64,000 nt of DNA from Lachnospiraceae bacterium. GTDB taxonomy: Bacteria; Bacillota; Clostridia; Lachnospirales; Lachnospiraceae. Positions 1 to 10,674 of the stretch are shown here, one piece after another. The stretch is from positions 2,325 through 66,324 of the forward strand of contig JAZLHV010000046.1 of the NCBI GenBank assembly GCA_045617045.1, in the 5' to 3' direction. Under the pieces are notes generated by a model. That model did not search any database. It was given only the letters and a program-made list of their open reading frames with translations, and was not told where the DNA came from. Within the stretch, counting starts at the first letter, position 1. Each line of letters starts with the position of its first letter. The translations under genes were made by a program, and so were the position numbers.

Positions 1-804
1 AACACTGATATCGTCGGGAATTTTCAGACCGCGACGCTTGCACTCATCCATAACACCGGAGGCGATAAGATCGTTACCGCACATGATGGCGGTAGCACCG
101 CCCGCAAGCATACCGGGCACGTGGTAGGGGGCACTTTCCGCAACGTAGTAGCCGTGTGCGGTTAAGGATTCATCGTATTCGAGACCGTTTTCGAGAATGG
201 CTGTTTTGAAAGCATCATCACGCTGCTTGGAAACCCATGAGTTGGGCGAACCGCTCAAAAAAGCGATGCGTCTGTGGCCAAGCTCGGCAAGGCGGGAAAC
301 CACAAGGGAAATGCCCTCTCCGGAATCGGTACCTACGTAACCGACATTGGGGTTTAACTTTACAAAGTTATCAAGTAATGCTGAGGGAATGGTAGTCTTT
401 TCGAGCTGCTTCATCCATTCGTCGGAAAGCGTAAGCCCCATTAAAAAAGCACCCGAATAGCCATGCTTTAACATATATGTATCGTATTTGTCGCGAGCCT
501 GAAACGCAGCATTGATGGGGACGATTTTCACATCCCATTTGTCGCGGTAGGCCATTTGCTGAAAGCCTAATATAAGCTCGTAGCCGAAGTCACCTTCGGA
601 TTCATATTCCATATTTTCCACAAAGACGGCAAGCTTTTTTAAGTCATCCTTGCGCATGCGCTTTGTTTTATAGCCCATTTCAACGGCTGTGTCCAAAACA
701 AGCTGTCGTAATTCTTCACTGATGTCGGGCGCTCCGTTTAAGCCTTTTGATACTGTGCTGACGGCAATTCCGAGTCGGTTTGCAATTTCTTTAATGGTAG
801 CCAT
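1..804 (-). CDS. LacI-family transcriptional regulator (3' end runs off the window)
   Basis: Minus strand from ATG at 804 reads MATIKEIANRLGIAVSTVSKGLNGAPDISEELRQLVLDTAVEMGY, a LacI HTH; not in the ORF track because there is no stop in the window. Confidence 0.9.
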   Translation of the reverse strand, partial: MATIKEIANRLGIAVSTVSKGLNGAPDISEELRQLVLDTAVEMGYKTKRMRKDDLKKLAVFVENMEYESEGDFGYELILGFQQMAYRDKWDVKIVPINAAFQARDKYDTYMLKHGYSGAFLMGLTLSDEWMKQLEKTTIPSALLDNFVKLNPNVGYVGTDSGEGISLVVSRLAELGHRRIAFLSGSPNSWVSKQRDDAFKTAILENGLEYDESLTAHGYYVAESAPYHVPGMLAGGATAIMCGNDLIASGVMDECKRRGLKIPDDISV

Positions 805-982
805 ATTTAAATTCTCCCTTTTTCTATCATAAAGTATATAAGTGATTTTTTCGAAAAGCAAGGGGAAAATTGTATTGTAAATACGGCAAAAAGTAGCCTT
901 TCGGGTTGACTTTTACCCCTGAAAATGTTAGATTTATGGTGCACTACGAAAATTGACGAAAATTGTATCGGGGGATACATTT

Positions 983-2470
983 ATGAAAGAGTTAAAGCGC
1001 GGAGCGGGCATTCTTTTGGCTGTTAGCAGTCTGCCTTCGAAATACGGTATCGGTACACTGGGCAGTGAAGCCTACCATTTTGTAGATTTGCTGGTCGATT
1101 TAAGGCAGCGTTACTGGCAGGTACTTCCTATCGGACCGACCGGATTATATGACAGCCCTTATCAGGCGTTTTCCGCGTTCGCGGGCAATCCCTACTTGAT
1201 CGATCTTGAAGCTTTGGTACATGAAGGTTTGTTGACGGAAACCGAGATTTCGAATGTAAACTGGGGGAGCGAGAACACTAAAATCGACTACGCGGTTTTG
1301 TTTGAAAATCGTTATAAAGTTTTACACAAGGCTTTTATGCGTTTTGATGTGCGGAATGCTTCCTTTGTTTCTTTTAGCCGGGAAAACGCTTCGTGGCTTG
1401 ATGACTATGCTGTGTTTATGGCTATTAAAGAAAAGAACGGTTACAAGGGTTGGCAGGAATGGCCGCAGGGGCTTCGCAATCATAAAGAGGACAGCATATG
1501 TGCTTTTGCAAGTATTAATGAGGCATCTGTTCTTTTTTGGAAATTTCTGCAGTATGAATTCTTTTTGCAGTGGGGCAGACTCAAAATGTATGCCAATAGC
1601 CACGGGATTGAGATAATAGGTGAAGTTCCGTTATATGTTTCGGAGGACAGTGCGGATGTGTGGGCACGTCGCAATCTGTTTTCCATCAACAAAAACGGTT
1701 ATCTCGATGAAGTTGCCGGCTGTCCGCCGGATGCTTTGTCGGAGCGCGGACAGAAATGGGGCAATCCGCTCTATGACTGGAAAGCCTGCGAAAAAGAAAA
1801 TTATGCATGGTGGCGCGAACGTATCGCCATGACGGCCAAGATATATGATGTAATCCGCATCAATCATTTTGTGGGTATTGTTAAGGAATATGCGGTTCCC
1901 GCAAAGGATGTCGACGGAAAGAACGGCAAGTGGCGAAAGGGCCCCGGCAGAAATCTTACCGATGTAATTAATGAGGCGGCCGGTGAAACTACCATAATTG
2001 CCGAAGATTTTGGCACGGTTGTAATTCCCACGGTCAGAAAGCTTATGAATAAGCTTAACTGGGCAGGCATGAAAGTTTTGTTGTTTGCTTTTGACCAGGA
2101 TCCGCAGAATCCGTACCTGCCGCACAACTACGAGGATTCAAATTGCGTTGTGTACGGGACAACTCATGACAGTGATACATTGGTGGGCTATTTTAATGAT
2201 AAGAGCGAATATCAGATGGCTTTTCTGTATGAATATCTCGGCATTCGCAGAAAAGAAGAGATACCCGATGCATTTATAAGACTTGCATATTCATCTATTG
2301 CAAATGTTGTAATTCTCCAGATGCAGGATATACTTGCACTCGGTAACGAAGCCCGCATGAATCTTCCCGCAACAGTAGGTCAAAACTGGCGTTGGAGACT
2401 GTGGAATGACGCAATAAGCGAAGAGCGTCGTAACTTTGTGAGAACTCTTGCAAATATTTACCGCAGATGA
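983..2470 (+). CDS. malQ: 4-alpha-glucanotransferase (GH77 amylomaltase); predicted nucleophile Asp replaced by Asn
   Basis: GILLAVSSLPS, WQVLPIGP, SPYQAFSAFAGNP, WGNPLYDW, AEDFG, THD motifs; RINHF where GH77 enzymes have RIDHF. Confidence 0.9.
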   Translation: MKELKRGAGILLAVSSLPSKYGIGTLGSEAYHFVDLLVDLRQRYWQVLPIGPTGLYDSPYQAFSAFAGNPYLIDLEALVHEGLLTETEISNVNWGSENTKIDYAVLFENRYKVLHKAFMRFDVRNASFVSFSRENASWLDDYAVFMAIKEKNGYKGWQEWPQGLRNHKEDSICAFASINEASVLFWKFLQYEFFLQWGRLKMYANSHGIEIIGEVPLYVSEDSADVWARRNLFSINKNGYLDEVAGCPPDALSERGQKWGNPLYDWKACEKENYAWWRERIAMTAKIYDVIRINHFVGIVKEYAVPAKDVDGKNGKWRKGPGRNLTDVINEAAGETTIIAEDFGTVVIPTVRKLMNKLNWAGMKVLLFAFDQDPQNPYLPHNYEDSNCVVYGTTHDSDTLVGYFNDKSEYQMAFLYEYLGIRRKEEIPDAFIRLAYSSIANVVILQMQDILALGNEARMNLPATVGQNWRWRLWNDAISEERRNFVRTLANIYRR

Positions 2471-2640
2471 TTTAGCGTGCGGTGGTTAACAGCCACTAAT
2501 TATTAACGAACAATTAACAAAACACCACACAGGGTGAAATAGTTATATTTGTAATCAATAATGTTTCATCATGAAAACAGTACTGTTATATAATAAACAT
2601 GTGCTTGAGAAATCAAGCAAATTCCGAGAAAATTCCCCTT

Positions 2641-2690
2641 TTACACAAGCAAAACGCTCAGTCGCAAGACTGAGCGTTTTGTTTGTGTAA
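2641..2690. terminator. Long hairpin, probable bidirectional intrinsic terminator
   Basis: ttacacaagcaaaacgctcagtc-GCAA-gactgagcgttttgtttgtgtaa: 23-bp stem (one G-U) between convergent genes. Confidence 0.8.
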
Positions 2691-2694
2691 AAGG

Positions 2695-4971
2695 TCATTT
2701 TGTGCCTTCGATAATTTTCTTTTGCTCCAAAAGTTCTTTGGGAACTTCCTGACCGCAGGCTTTAATCTTCTGGATGACGTTTTCGAGATGGTGGAGCTTC
2801 TGAGCAATCTTTATCTCGTACTTTTCAATGATGTCGCCCAAAAGAGGGTTGGCCGACAACTTAACACGTAACTGTTTGTCGAAGGGGCAGTAAGTGAGCA
2901 TTATAGTGCGCACAACTTTGTTAAGACGAGGTGAGCCCTGACTTTCGTATACAATCCATGTAATGTAGTCACGCACAAACATTTCTTTGAAAGAGTTTTT
3001 GGCTTTAACAAGGCTCGATTTGATTTTTTCCTTGGTATCGGCGGAAAGCTCTGTGTTTTTGCGGTAGAACTGAATGTAATCAAAATATTCACTTGTTAAT
3101 GACTTGTCGCTTACATCGTTCCAACGGGCACCCTGAACGCGCTTGCACATTTCCCAGCGATATTCGCCGGTAAGTCTTGCAAGTGTCAGGAAAACGTCTT
3201 CAAGATGGAAGGCTGAAATCATAAAGCGCGAAGGCGTTGTGCGCTTGCGGCCTTCAATTTCCTGCCACATAACGCCGCGGGTACCGATGTTTGGCATTAA
3301 GATGATGTTCGGAAGAATGTGAACATCAATCATTTCCTTGGCAATGCCGATACCCTCATTGGTGTATATGGTTTCGTGGTTATAGGCTGTGTAGTCGACA
3401 GCTTCAATCTTGCGAAGTACCTCACAGAGAATGTCGGGCGTGAGGATGCAACTCTTAAGAGGCTTAATGATGTTGTGCTCGCTTAATATGGGTGTAAAGC
3501 TGCTCAAGCGGCCGAAGGTAACTTTGTTGACCATCGGGAACATATTTTCAAGCTCAAAAAGAACACGCTGTCCGGGGTCATTTGCCATTCTTGCCTCGAC
3601 ATCGGCAGCGATTTTGCCCTGAACTTTCTGCTCATGAAGATATGTAAGGTAGTCGGTGTCAAATTCATTACGGCTGGGATCTTTGCGCATTGTATATATA
3701 TCGTGCAACCATTCGTAAATGGTATAGATACCGTTAGTGGTGTCGCCATAGTATGAATCTGCGATTGAGTAAAGGTAATTTGAATTTTCAACGCCTGCAA
3801 GCTCTTCATCAACGTAGCCGAAGTTAAAGAACATTTTAAGCACTGTAGGAATCGAATAATCGCGTACACTCATCTGAAAAGCTTCGGTGTATACCTGATA
3901 GAAGACCTTTGTTAAGTCAAGGCGAAGCTTACGGGTGGCATCATCCGAGGCATCTTTGTCGGAAAGCTTTTTGTAGGCTTTAAGAAGAGTCCTGAATTCA
4001 CTTGCAACTTCCTCATCGACAGCGGAGTATTCAAGAATACGGTCGCAGGAACCTTTAAGCTCGGGATTTAACCGGTCGCCCGAAGCATTACCGTCATCGG
4101 AAACAGGTGCCTGTGCTGCCTGTGATACGGAACGGAACTCTTTGAATCTTGCATCGATAACGTCATCACTGATTATCCCGAGCTCTTTAATGTATACAAC
4201 CATTTCCTCGAGTATGCCTGTTATCTTGGCATAGTCGGGATTCTTGGAATCTATGCGCTTGGAAAGCGAAGCAAACAGGTCAAACAAATCAAGCCCGGAA
4301 TCCTGGATAAAAATGCCGGCGTGCTCGGAAAGATAGTCAAACATATTGGCACAACCGGACAGATAAGTGTGCAGGTCGTTGCTGGTTTTGGTGATAAAAC
4401 CGTTAAGATATGCAGGGCGGGCTGAAAGATTTAACTTTAATTCCTGCGGGAAATTTTTTACGGAAATGTAGTATTCACTCAGCCAGGCATCATCTTCGCC
4501 GGACTCATATTCAAAAGGCGTAAGCTCGTCAAGCTGCGGAAGTGCACGTGAAATTGCGTTGTTGCGTGAACATAAATCCAAATATGTTTCATAATATTTA
4601 CGGATATTTGCATAAAGTCCGTTGCAGATATTTTTAAGATGCGAATATCCTGCGTATATTTCGCAAAACTGGTTAACGGAGGAAGTAAATAAAAGCTTGC
4701 TTACTTCGGGGTTGGATTTGATAATCTGCGCCAATGAATTCCTGCCATTGTTGGGGAAAGAAATAAGAGCACTGTCTTCAATTACCTTGTATGTAAAGAA
4801 ACTGGAATCAAACGAGATATCTGAAATGCCGATTGCATCACCCTTCTTCAGAACAATTTCACCACCCGGAAAAGAAGCTATAACAGAACCTGATGCAATA
4901 ACATTTATAGCGTCTAAGGGATGACCTTCGGATAAGATAATCGAGTCTTTGACTACGGATTTAGCTGCCAT
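2695..4971 (-). CDS. Large conserved protein with a degenerate N-terminal cyclic-nucleotide-binding-like domain
   Basis: 758-aa ORF; N-terminus EGHPLDAINVIASGSV...LKKGDAIG resembles a cNMP-binding beta-roll; remainder not assigned. Confidence 0.6.
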   Translation of the reverse strand: MAAKSVVKDSIILSEGHPLDAINVIASGSVIASFPGGEIVLKKGDAIGISDISFDSSFFTYKVIEDSALISFPNNGRNSLAQIIKSNPEVSKLLFTSSVNQFCEIYAGYSHLKNICNGLYANIRKYYETYLDLCSRNNAISRALPQLDELTPFEYESGEDDAWLSEYYISVKNFPQELKLNLSARPAYLNGFITKTSNDLHTYLSGCANMFDYLSEHAGIFIQDSGLDLFDLFASLSKRIDSKNPDYAKITGILEEMVVYIKELGIISDDVIDARFKEFRSVSQAAQAPVSDDGNASGDRLNPELKGSCDRILEYSAVDEEVASEFRTLLKAYKKLSDKDASDDATRKLRLDLTKVFYQVYTEAFQMSVRDYSIPTVLKMFFNFGYVDEELAGVENSNYLYSIADSYYGDTTNGIYTIYEWLHDIYTMRKDPSRNEFDTDYLTYLHEQKVQGKIAADVEARMANDPGQRVLFELENMFPMVNKVTFGRLSSFTPILSEHNIIKPLKSCILTPDILCEVLRKIEAVDYTAYNHETIYTNEGIGIAKEMIDVHILPNIILMPNIGTRGVMWQEIEGRKRTTPSRFMISAFHLEDVFLTLARLTGEYRWEMCKRVQGARWNDVSDKSLTSEYFDYIQFYRKNTELSADTKEKIKSSLVKAKNSFKEMFVRDYITWIVYESQGSPRLNKVVRTIMLTYCPFDKQLRVKLSANPLLGDIIEKYEIKIAQKLHHLENVIQKIKACGQEVPKELLEQKKIIEGTK

Positions 4972-5124
4972 TGTAACCTCCGCAAAAGAAATGTGTATAA
5001 AGTATATGAAACCGATTACATATTATTATAACTTATTTACTGAAATGTTCAAGTTTCCGGCATCTTTTTGAGATAGATTGCACCTTGAGTTTTTAAAAAT
5101 CTATGTTACAATTTAGAAGTAATT

Positions 5125-5601
5125 TTGGGTCTTTATATGATTTATGGGAGGACACCGGTGAAGGATGTTAATTTAAGTGCGTTTCGCAGCGACGTAGAGC
5201 GGCTTGTTACTTACATACCTTGGCTAGAATCCAAGGTCGGCACTAAAGTTTCCAAGACATATGATGGCAAAGAAGTTGCTTCTTCGACATTTTCTTTCCC
5301 TGTATATGAGACGATGCTTTTAAACTTCGTAAATGAAGCGGCCAAGACTGAGCTGATGGATCGCAACTATGTGTACGCATATTCCAGCAACGCAATCCGC
5401 ACTGTCGAAGATGAGTTTAAGGCAATAGATGAAGCAACGGTTCAGCATGCGGAAGTTTTAGTCGGAATTTTAAGTAAATACGTTCTGGGCGGTATGACCA
5501 AAGGTACTTTGTGGACCGAGGCTGTACAGAACGGTGTTTTTTTGAAGGTATTAAAGAAAATGAAAGAGCTTCTGGAAATCTGGGATGCTCCGTTAGCATA
5601 G
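5125..5601 (+). CDS. Hypothetical protein
   Basis: 158-aa ORF, apparently co-transcribed with the downstream TetR gene. Confidence 0.7.
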   Translation: MGLYMIYGRTPVKDVNLSAFRSDVERLVTYIPWLESKVGTKVSKTYDGKEVASSTFSFPVYETMLLNFVNEAAKTELMDRNYVYAYSSNAIRTVEDEFKAIDEATVQHAEVLVGILSKYVLGGMTKGTLWTEAVQNGVFLKVLKKMKELLEIWDAPLA

Positions 5602-5619
5602 AGTTAGAGGTGTGGATTT

Positions 5620-6201
5620 ATGAGTGACAAGGCGGCAAAAAAGAAGCAGTTTATTCTTGACACCGCAAGGGTTGTCTTTTGCAATAAGGGCTACAAGGAT
5701 GTTACTATGAAGGACATCGTTGAAGCTTGTGAAATATCACGTGGCGGTCTTTATATTTATTTTGACAGCACGGAAAGCATTTTTAAGGAAATTCTTGAAT
5801 CTGAAATAAGTAGTCTGCCGAAGTCCTGCGATGATAATTACGACACCTCGGCGGGTGATTTGCTTGCCCTGTTTTTGAATGAGCAGAAGAAGGAAATCCT
5901 TAACGTTAAGGATGAACTTTCGGTTGCAATTTATGAGTACATGTTTGCTAAGCATGCCCAAAATGAGCCTGAGACTGTCGTTACAGGCAAGTTATCCGAT
6001 ATGACTGTTTTTTTACAGAACATTATTGACAAGGGAGTTGCGTCAGGCGAGTTCTATGCTGATGACTCCTTTGCTGTGGCCCGTAACATTATGTATACGC
6101 TTGCAGGCTTGAAAATAGCTGCAAAGACTGTCGGCGTAACCGAAAAGGACGTTGACAATGAACTTGTTTACCTTATGTGCGGCCTAATAGCGGAAGAATA
6201 A
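5620..6201 (+). CDS. TetR/AcrR-family regulator
   Basis: ILDTARVVFCNKGYKDVTMKDIVEACEISRGGLYIYF TetR HTH. Confidence 0.92.
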   Translation: MSDKAAKKKQFILDTARVVFCNKGYKDVTMKDIVEACEISRGGLYIYFDSTESIFKEILESEISSLPKSCDDNYDTSAGDLLALFLNEQKKEILNVKDELSVAIYEYMFAKHAQNEPETVVTGKLSDMTVFLQNIIDKGVASGEFYADDSFAVARNIMYTLAGLKIAAKTVGVTEKDVDNELVYLMCGLIAEE

Positions 6202-6205
6202 TATA

Positions 6206-6234
6206 CCCCCGGGCGCCCAGTGCCCGGGGCTTTT
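6206..6234 (+). terminator. Intrinsic terminator-like hairpin
   Basis: ccccgggc/gcccgggg stem followed by cTTTT. Confidence 0.6.
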
Positions 6235-6268
6235 ATATATTAAAAAGTGTAAAGGAGAAACGCTTACA

Positions 6269-9200
6269 ATGGGGAACGTAAGACGCATCTATGTGGAGAA
6301 GAAGGCACCTTTTGCTGTTAAGGCAGCAGAGCTTAAAGCCGATATTTCGAATTTCTTGTGTATAGCAGGTGTTACGGGGGTACGCGTGCTTATCAGGTAC
6401 GATGTCGAGAACATTTCGGATGATGTTTTCGACAAGGCATCACGAATGATTTTTTCGGAGCCTCCTGTAGACAACATTACGTTTGATTCTTTTGAGTACG
6501 GAGCAAACGACAGGGTTTTCAGCGTGGAATTTCTGCCCGGACAGTTTGACCAGCGTGCGGACTCAGCGGTTCAGTGTATCCAGTTTATAAGGGAGAGCGA
6601 ACAGCCGATAATCAGGACTGCGGTTACATATGTACTGTCAGGTGATATTACCGACGATGAGTTTAAGCGCATAAAGGCTTACTGCATCAATCCGGTCGAT
6701 TCCAGGGAAACCGGTCTTGTAAAGCCCGAAACATTGTCGCTTGATTACAAAGAACCCGATGATGTAATAGTGTTTGAAGGATTTAAGGATATGGACGAGC
6801 AGACGCTTAATAAGCTCTATTCGTCTCTTGGCCTTGCAATGACGTTCAAGGATTTTGAGCACATCCGGAAATATTTCCACGATGAAGAGCACAGAGATCC
6901 CACAATGACCGAAATAAGGGTGCTTGACACTTACTGGTCGGATCATTGCAGACACACAACTTTCTCGACAGAGCTTAAAGACGTAACCTTTGAAGACGGT
7001 TATTATCGTGCACCGATTGAGGGTTCTTACAAGGAGTACCTCGAAAGTCATCGGGAAATTTTCAAGGGTCGTTCGGATAAATACGTTTGCCTTATGGATC
7101 TTGCACTTATGGCTATGCGCAAGCTTAAGGCAGAGGGGCTGCTTGATGACATGGAAAAATCCGATGAAATCAATGCATGCTCTATTGTTGTTCCCGTTGA
7201 AATTGACGGAAAAGAAGAGGAGTGGCTTGTAAGTTTCAAAAATGAAACCCATAACCACCCTACGGAAATAGAGCCTTTCGGTGGCGCCGCAACCTGCCTG
7301 GGCGGTGCAATAAGAGACCCGCTTTCCGGTCGTTCATATGTATATCAGGCAATGCGTGTTACCGGTGCGGCAGACCCGACGGTTTCCGTTGCTGAAACTT
7401 TAAAGGGTAAGCTTTCACAAAAGAAGCTTGTTAAAGGTGCCGCAGCAGGTTACTCAAGCTATGGCAACCAGATTGGCCTTGCTACAGGTTATGTTAAAGA
7501 AATTTATCATCCGAATTATGTTGCGAAAAGAATGGAAATCGGTGCCGTTATGGGCGCCGCTCCGCGTGCAAATGTAATTCGTGAAAATTCAGATCCCGGA
7601 GACATTATCGTTCTTTTGGGCGGACGTACCGGACGTGACGGCTGTGGCGGTGCTACAGGTTCATCGAAGGTTCACACCGAAGCGTCGATTGAAACCTGCG
7701 GTGCTGAAGTTCAAAAGGGAAATGCGCCTACAGAGCGTAAGATTCAGAGACTGTTCAGACGTCCCGAGGTTACAAAGCTTATCAAAAAATGTAATGACTT
7801 TGGCGCAGGCGGTGTGTCCGTAGCTATCGGCGAGCTTGCAGACGGTCTTAAGATAAACCTTGACCTTGTACCCAAAAAGTATGCGGGCCTTGACGGTACG
7901 GAGCTTGCTATTTCCGAATCTCAGGAGCGTATGGCTGTTGTGGTAGATCCCAAAGATGCCGACAGATTCTTAGAATACGCAGCCGAGGAAAACTTAGAAG
8001 CGGTAAAGGTTGCCGTCGTTACCGAGAGCCCCAGGCTGGTGCTTTCATGGCGCGGCCGTGAAATCGTTAATCTTTCCCGTGCCTTCCTGGACACAAACGG
8101 TGCACATCAGGAGACCGGCGTATATGTTGAAATGCCGTCAGCGGATGATAACTTCTTTAAAAAGATTGCAATTCCCGCAGTTTCGGATGCGCTTAATGCC
8201 GGAAATGTCAAGGAAGCACTTACAGCTTCCCTGAGCGACTTAAATGTCTGCTCACAGAAAGGACTTGTTGAAAACTTTGACTCATCAATCGGTGCCGGAA
8301 GCGTTACGATGCCTTACGGCGGTGTTAAGCAGTTGACCGAGACCCAGGCAATGGTTGCAAAGCTTCCCGTATTAAAGGGCAATTGCGATACCGTTACCAT
8401 GATGAGCTATGGCTTTGACCCGTATCTGTCAACATGGTCGCCTTACCATGGCGCTGTGTATGCGGTTCTTACGTCAATGTCCAAAATACTTGCAAGCGGC
8501 GGTAACACTGAAAAGATTCGCTTTACCTTCCAGGAATATTTCAGACGTATGACGGAAGATCCCAAGCGCTGGAGCCAGCCCTTTGCAGCACTGCTGGGCG
8601 CTTTTGATGCACAGATGGGCTTTAAGCTTCCTTCTATAGGCGGCAAGGATTCCATGTCCGGTACGTTTAATGATATTGATGTTCCGCCTACACTTGTTTC
8701 TTTTGCCGTTGATGTTGCAAAAGAAGGTGACGTTATTACCCCTGAACTTAAGACGGCCGGTGATAAGCTTGTGTTCTTCCCTATAAAGCACAACGAGTAT
8801 GATCTTCCGGATTACGAGGCTGTTAAGAAGCTTTATGCATACATTTACGAGTGTGAAAAGAAGAAAATCGTGAAGGCTGCATATGTTACCGATTCAAACG
8901 GTATTGCTCCCGCTGCCATGAAGATGGCCTTCGGTAACGGCTTAGGCCTTAAGTTTAGCGAAGAGCTTAAGCCCGAGGACTTCTTTAAAAATGCTCTGGG
9001 CGGCATAATTATTGAAACCGCACCGAATGTAACATTTGAAACAGACGTTGAATTCGTTACCGTAGCCAAGGTTACGGATGATGGTTTCTTTGCATATAAG
9101 GGAGAAAAGCTTTCGGTCGACGATGCTGTCTTGACATGGAGTAAGCCCTTGGAGAAGGTATTCCCCACCAAGGCCTACAAGGGAACCGAAGCTCTTCAGG

Positions 9201-10048
9201 AAAGATTGTACAAGACTCCCTCCGTATATGTTTGCAAAAACAAAGTTGCGAAGCCCACGGTATTCATACCGGTATTCCCCGGCACCAACTGTGAATACGA
9301 TTCGGCAAAGGCCTTTGAAAGAGCCGGAGCGGATACTATCGTAAAGGTATTTAAAAACCTGTCTGCCGAAGACATAAAGGATTCTGTGGAGTGCTTCAAA
9401 GAAAGCATTTCAAAGGCACAGATAATTATGTTCCCGGGCGGATTTTCAGCCGGCGATGAGCCTGACGGCAGCGCAAAGTTCTTTGCAACGGCCTTCAAGA
9501 ATGAGGTGCTGAAAGAAGAAGTGATGAAGCTTCTTAATGAACGCGACGGACTTGCACTTGGTATTTGCAACGGCTTCCAGGCGCTCATTAAGCTTGGCCT
9601 TGTTCCGTACGGCGAAATACGCAACCAGACAGAAGACTCACCGACACTTACATATAACACCATAAACAGACACATATCCAAGATGGCATATATAAAGGTT
9701 ACGTCCAACAAGTCTCCATGGCTTAAAAATGCCGAGCTTGGCAAGGTTTACACGAACCCTGCATCTCATGGTGAGGGAAGATTCGTGGCGCCGAAAGAAT
9801 GGATTGACAAGTTGTTTGAAAACGGTCAGGTGGCAACAAGATACTGTTCGCCCGACGGTAAGATTTCAATGGACGAGGAATACAACATTAACGGTTCCTA
9901 TGAGGCTATTGAGGGTATCACATCACTTGACGGTCGTTGCCTTGGAAAGATGGCTCATTCGGAACGTCGCGGCAACAGCGTAGCCATTAATATTTACGGT
10001 GAGCAGGACTTGAAGATTTTTGAATCAGGCGTAGAATACTTTAAATAA
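6269..10048 (+). CDS. purL: Phosphoribosylformylglycinamidine synthase (large single-chain type)
   Basis: WSDHCRH, KNETHNHPT, SESQERM, PGGFSAGD, LGICNGFQ, GKMAHSER motifs. Confidence 0.97.
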   Translation: MGNVRRIYVEKKAPFAVKAAELKADISNFLCIAGVTGVRVLIRYDVENISDDVFDKASRMIFSEPPVDNITFDSFEYGANDRVFSVEFLPGQFDQRADSAVQCIQFIRESEQPIIRTAVTYVLSGDITDDEFKRIKAYCINPVDSRETGLVKPETLSLDYKEPDDVIVFEGFKDMDEQTLNKLYSSLGLAMTFKDFEHIRKYFHDEEHRDPTMTEIRVLDTYWSDHCRHTTFSTELKDVTFEDGYYRAPIEGSYKEYLESHREIFKGRSDKYVCLMDLALMAMRKLKAEGLLDDMEKSDEINACSIVVPVEIDGKEEEWLVSFKNETHNHPTEIEPFGGAATCLGGAIRDPLSGRSYVYQAMRVTGAADPTVSVAETLKGKLSQKKLVKGAAAGYSSYGNQIGLATGYVKEIYHPNYVAKRMEIGAVMGAAPRANVIRENSDPGDIIVLLGGRTGRDGCGGATGSSKVHTEASIETCGAEVQKGNAPTERKIQRLFRRPEVTKLIKKCNDFGAGGVSVAIGELADGLKINLDLVPKKYAGLDGTELAISESQERMAVVVDPKDADRFLEYAAEENLEAVKVAVVTESPRLVLSWRGREIVNLSRAFLDTNGAHQETGVYVEMPSADDNFFKKIAIPAVSDALNAGNVKEALTASLSDLNVCSQKGLVENFDSSIGAGSVTMPYGGVKQLTETQAMVAKLPVLKGNCDTVTMMSYGFDPYLSTWSPYHGAVYAVLTSMSKILASGGNTEKIRFTFQEYFRRMTEDPKRWSQPFAALLGAFDAQMGFKLPSIGGKDSMSGTFNDIDVPPTLVSFAVDVAKEGDVITPELKTAGDKLVFFPIKHNEYDLPDYEAVKKLYAYIYECEKKKIVKAAYVTDSNGIAPAAMKMAFGNGLGLKFSEELKPEDFFKNALGGIIIETAPNVTFETDVEFVTVAKVTDDGFFAYKGEKLSVDDAVLTWSKPLEKVFPTKAYKGTEALQERLYKTPSVYVCKNKVAKPTVFIPVFPGTNCEYDSAKAFERAGADTIVKVFKNLSAEDIKDSVECFKESISKAQIIMFPGGFSAGDEPDGSAKFFATAFKNEVLKEEVMKLLNERDGLALGICNGFQALIKLGLVPYGEIRNQTEDSPTLTYNTINRHISKMAYIKVTSNKSPWLKNAELGKVYTNPASHGEGRFVAPKEWIDKLFENGQVATRYCSPDGKISMDEEYNINGSYEAIEGITSLDGRCLGKMAHSERRGNSVAINIYGEQDLKIFESGVEYFK

Positions 10049-10674
10049 TGAATAACCGTAATTACCAGAAAGAACTTGATATTGAACTTGCAAAGGAAGG
10101 GTCGGATTCGAAAACCCTTCTTTTGCATGCATGCTGTGCACCGTGCTCGAGTCATTGCCTTACGTATCTTAAGGGCAGGATTACAATAAAGGTTTATTAC
10201 TATAATCCGAATATTGTAGACAAAGCAGAGCACGATTTGCGGGCAGCAGAGCTTAAAAGGCTTACGGACGAGCTGAACGCAGAGTACCCTGAAGCCTGTA
10301 TTGAGTACATTGAAGGTGCTTTTGAGCCAAATCGCTATCTTGATGCTGCCAAAGGGCTTGAAAAAGAACCCGAAGGTGGCGTAAGATGTACAAAATGCTT
10401 TGAATTGCGATTACGTGAAGCGGCGCGTACGGCTAAGGCCGAGGGAGCGGATTATTTTACGACAACCCTTACGATAAGCCCGCTTAAAAATGCCCGGCTG
10501 ATTAATGAAATCGGAGAGCGCATTGCCGCTGAAGAGGGCATTAAGTGGCTTCCTTCGGATTTTAAGAAAAAAGAAGGCTACAAGCATTCGGTTGAATTAT
10601 CCGCAAAGTACAATTTGTACAGACAAAATTTTTGCGGATGTCCTTTCAGCAAAGCTGCTTATAAAGCTGATTAA
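10048..10674 (+). CDS. queH: Epoxyqueuosine reductase QueH (DUF208)
   Basis: LLLHACCAPCS, YYYNPNI, RCTKCFELRL, YRQNFCGC. Confidence 0.92.
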   Translation: MNNRNYQKELDIELAKEGSDSKTLLLHACCAPCSSHCLTYLKGRITIKVYYYNPNIVDKAEHDLRAAELKRLTDELNAEYPEACIEYIEGAFEPNRYLDAAKGLEKEPEGGVRCTKCFELRLREAARTAKAEGADYFTTTLTISPLKNARLINEIGERIAAEEGIKWLPSDFKKKEGYKHSVELSAKYNLYRQNFCGCPFSKAAYKAD

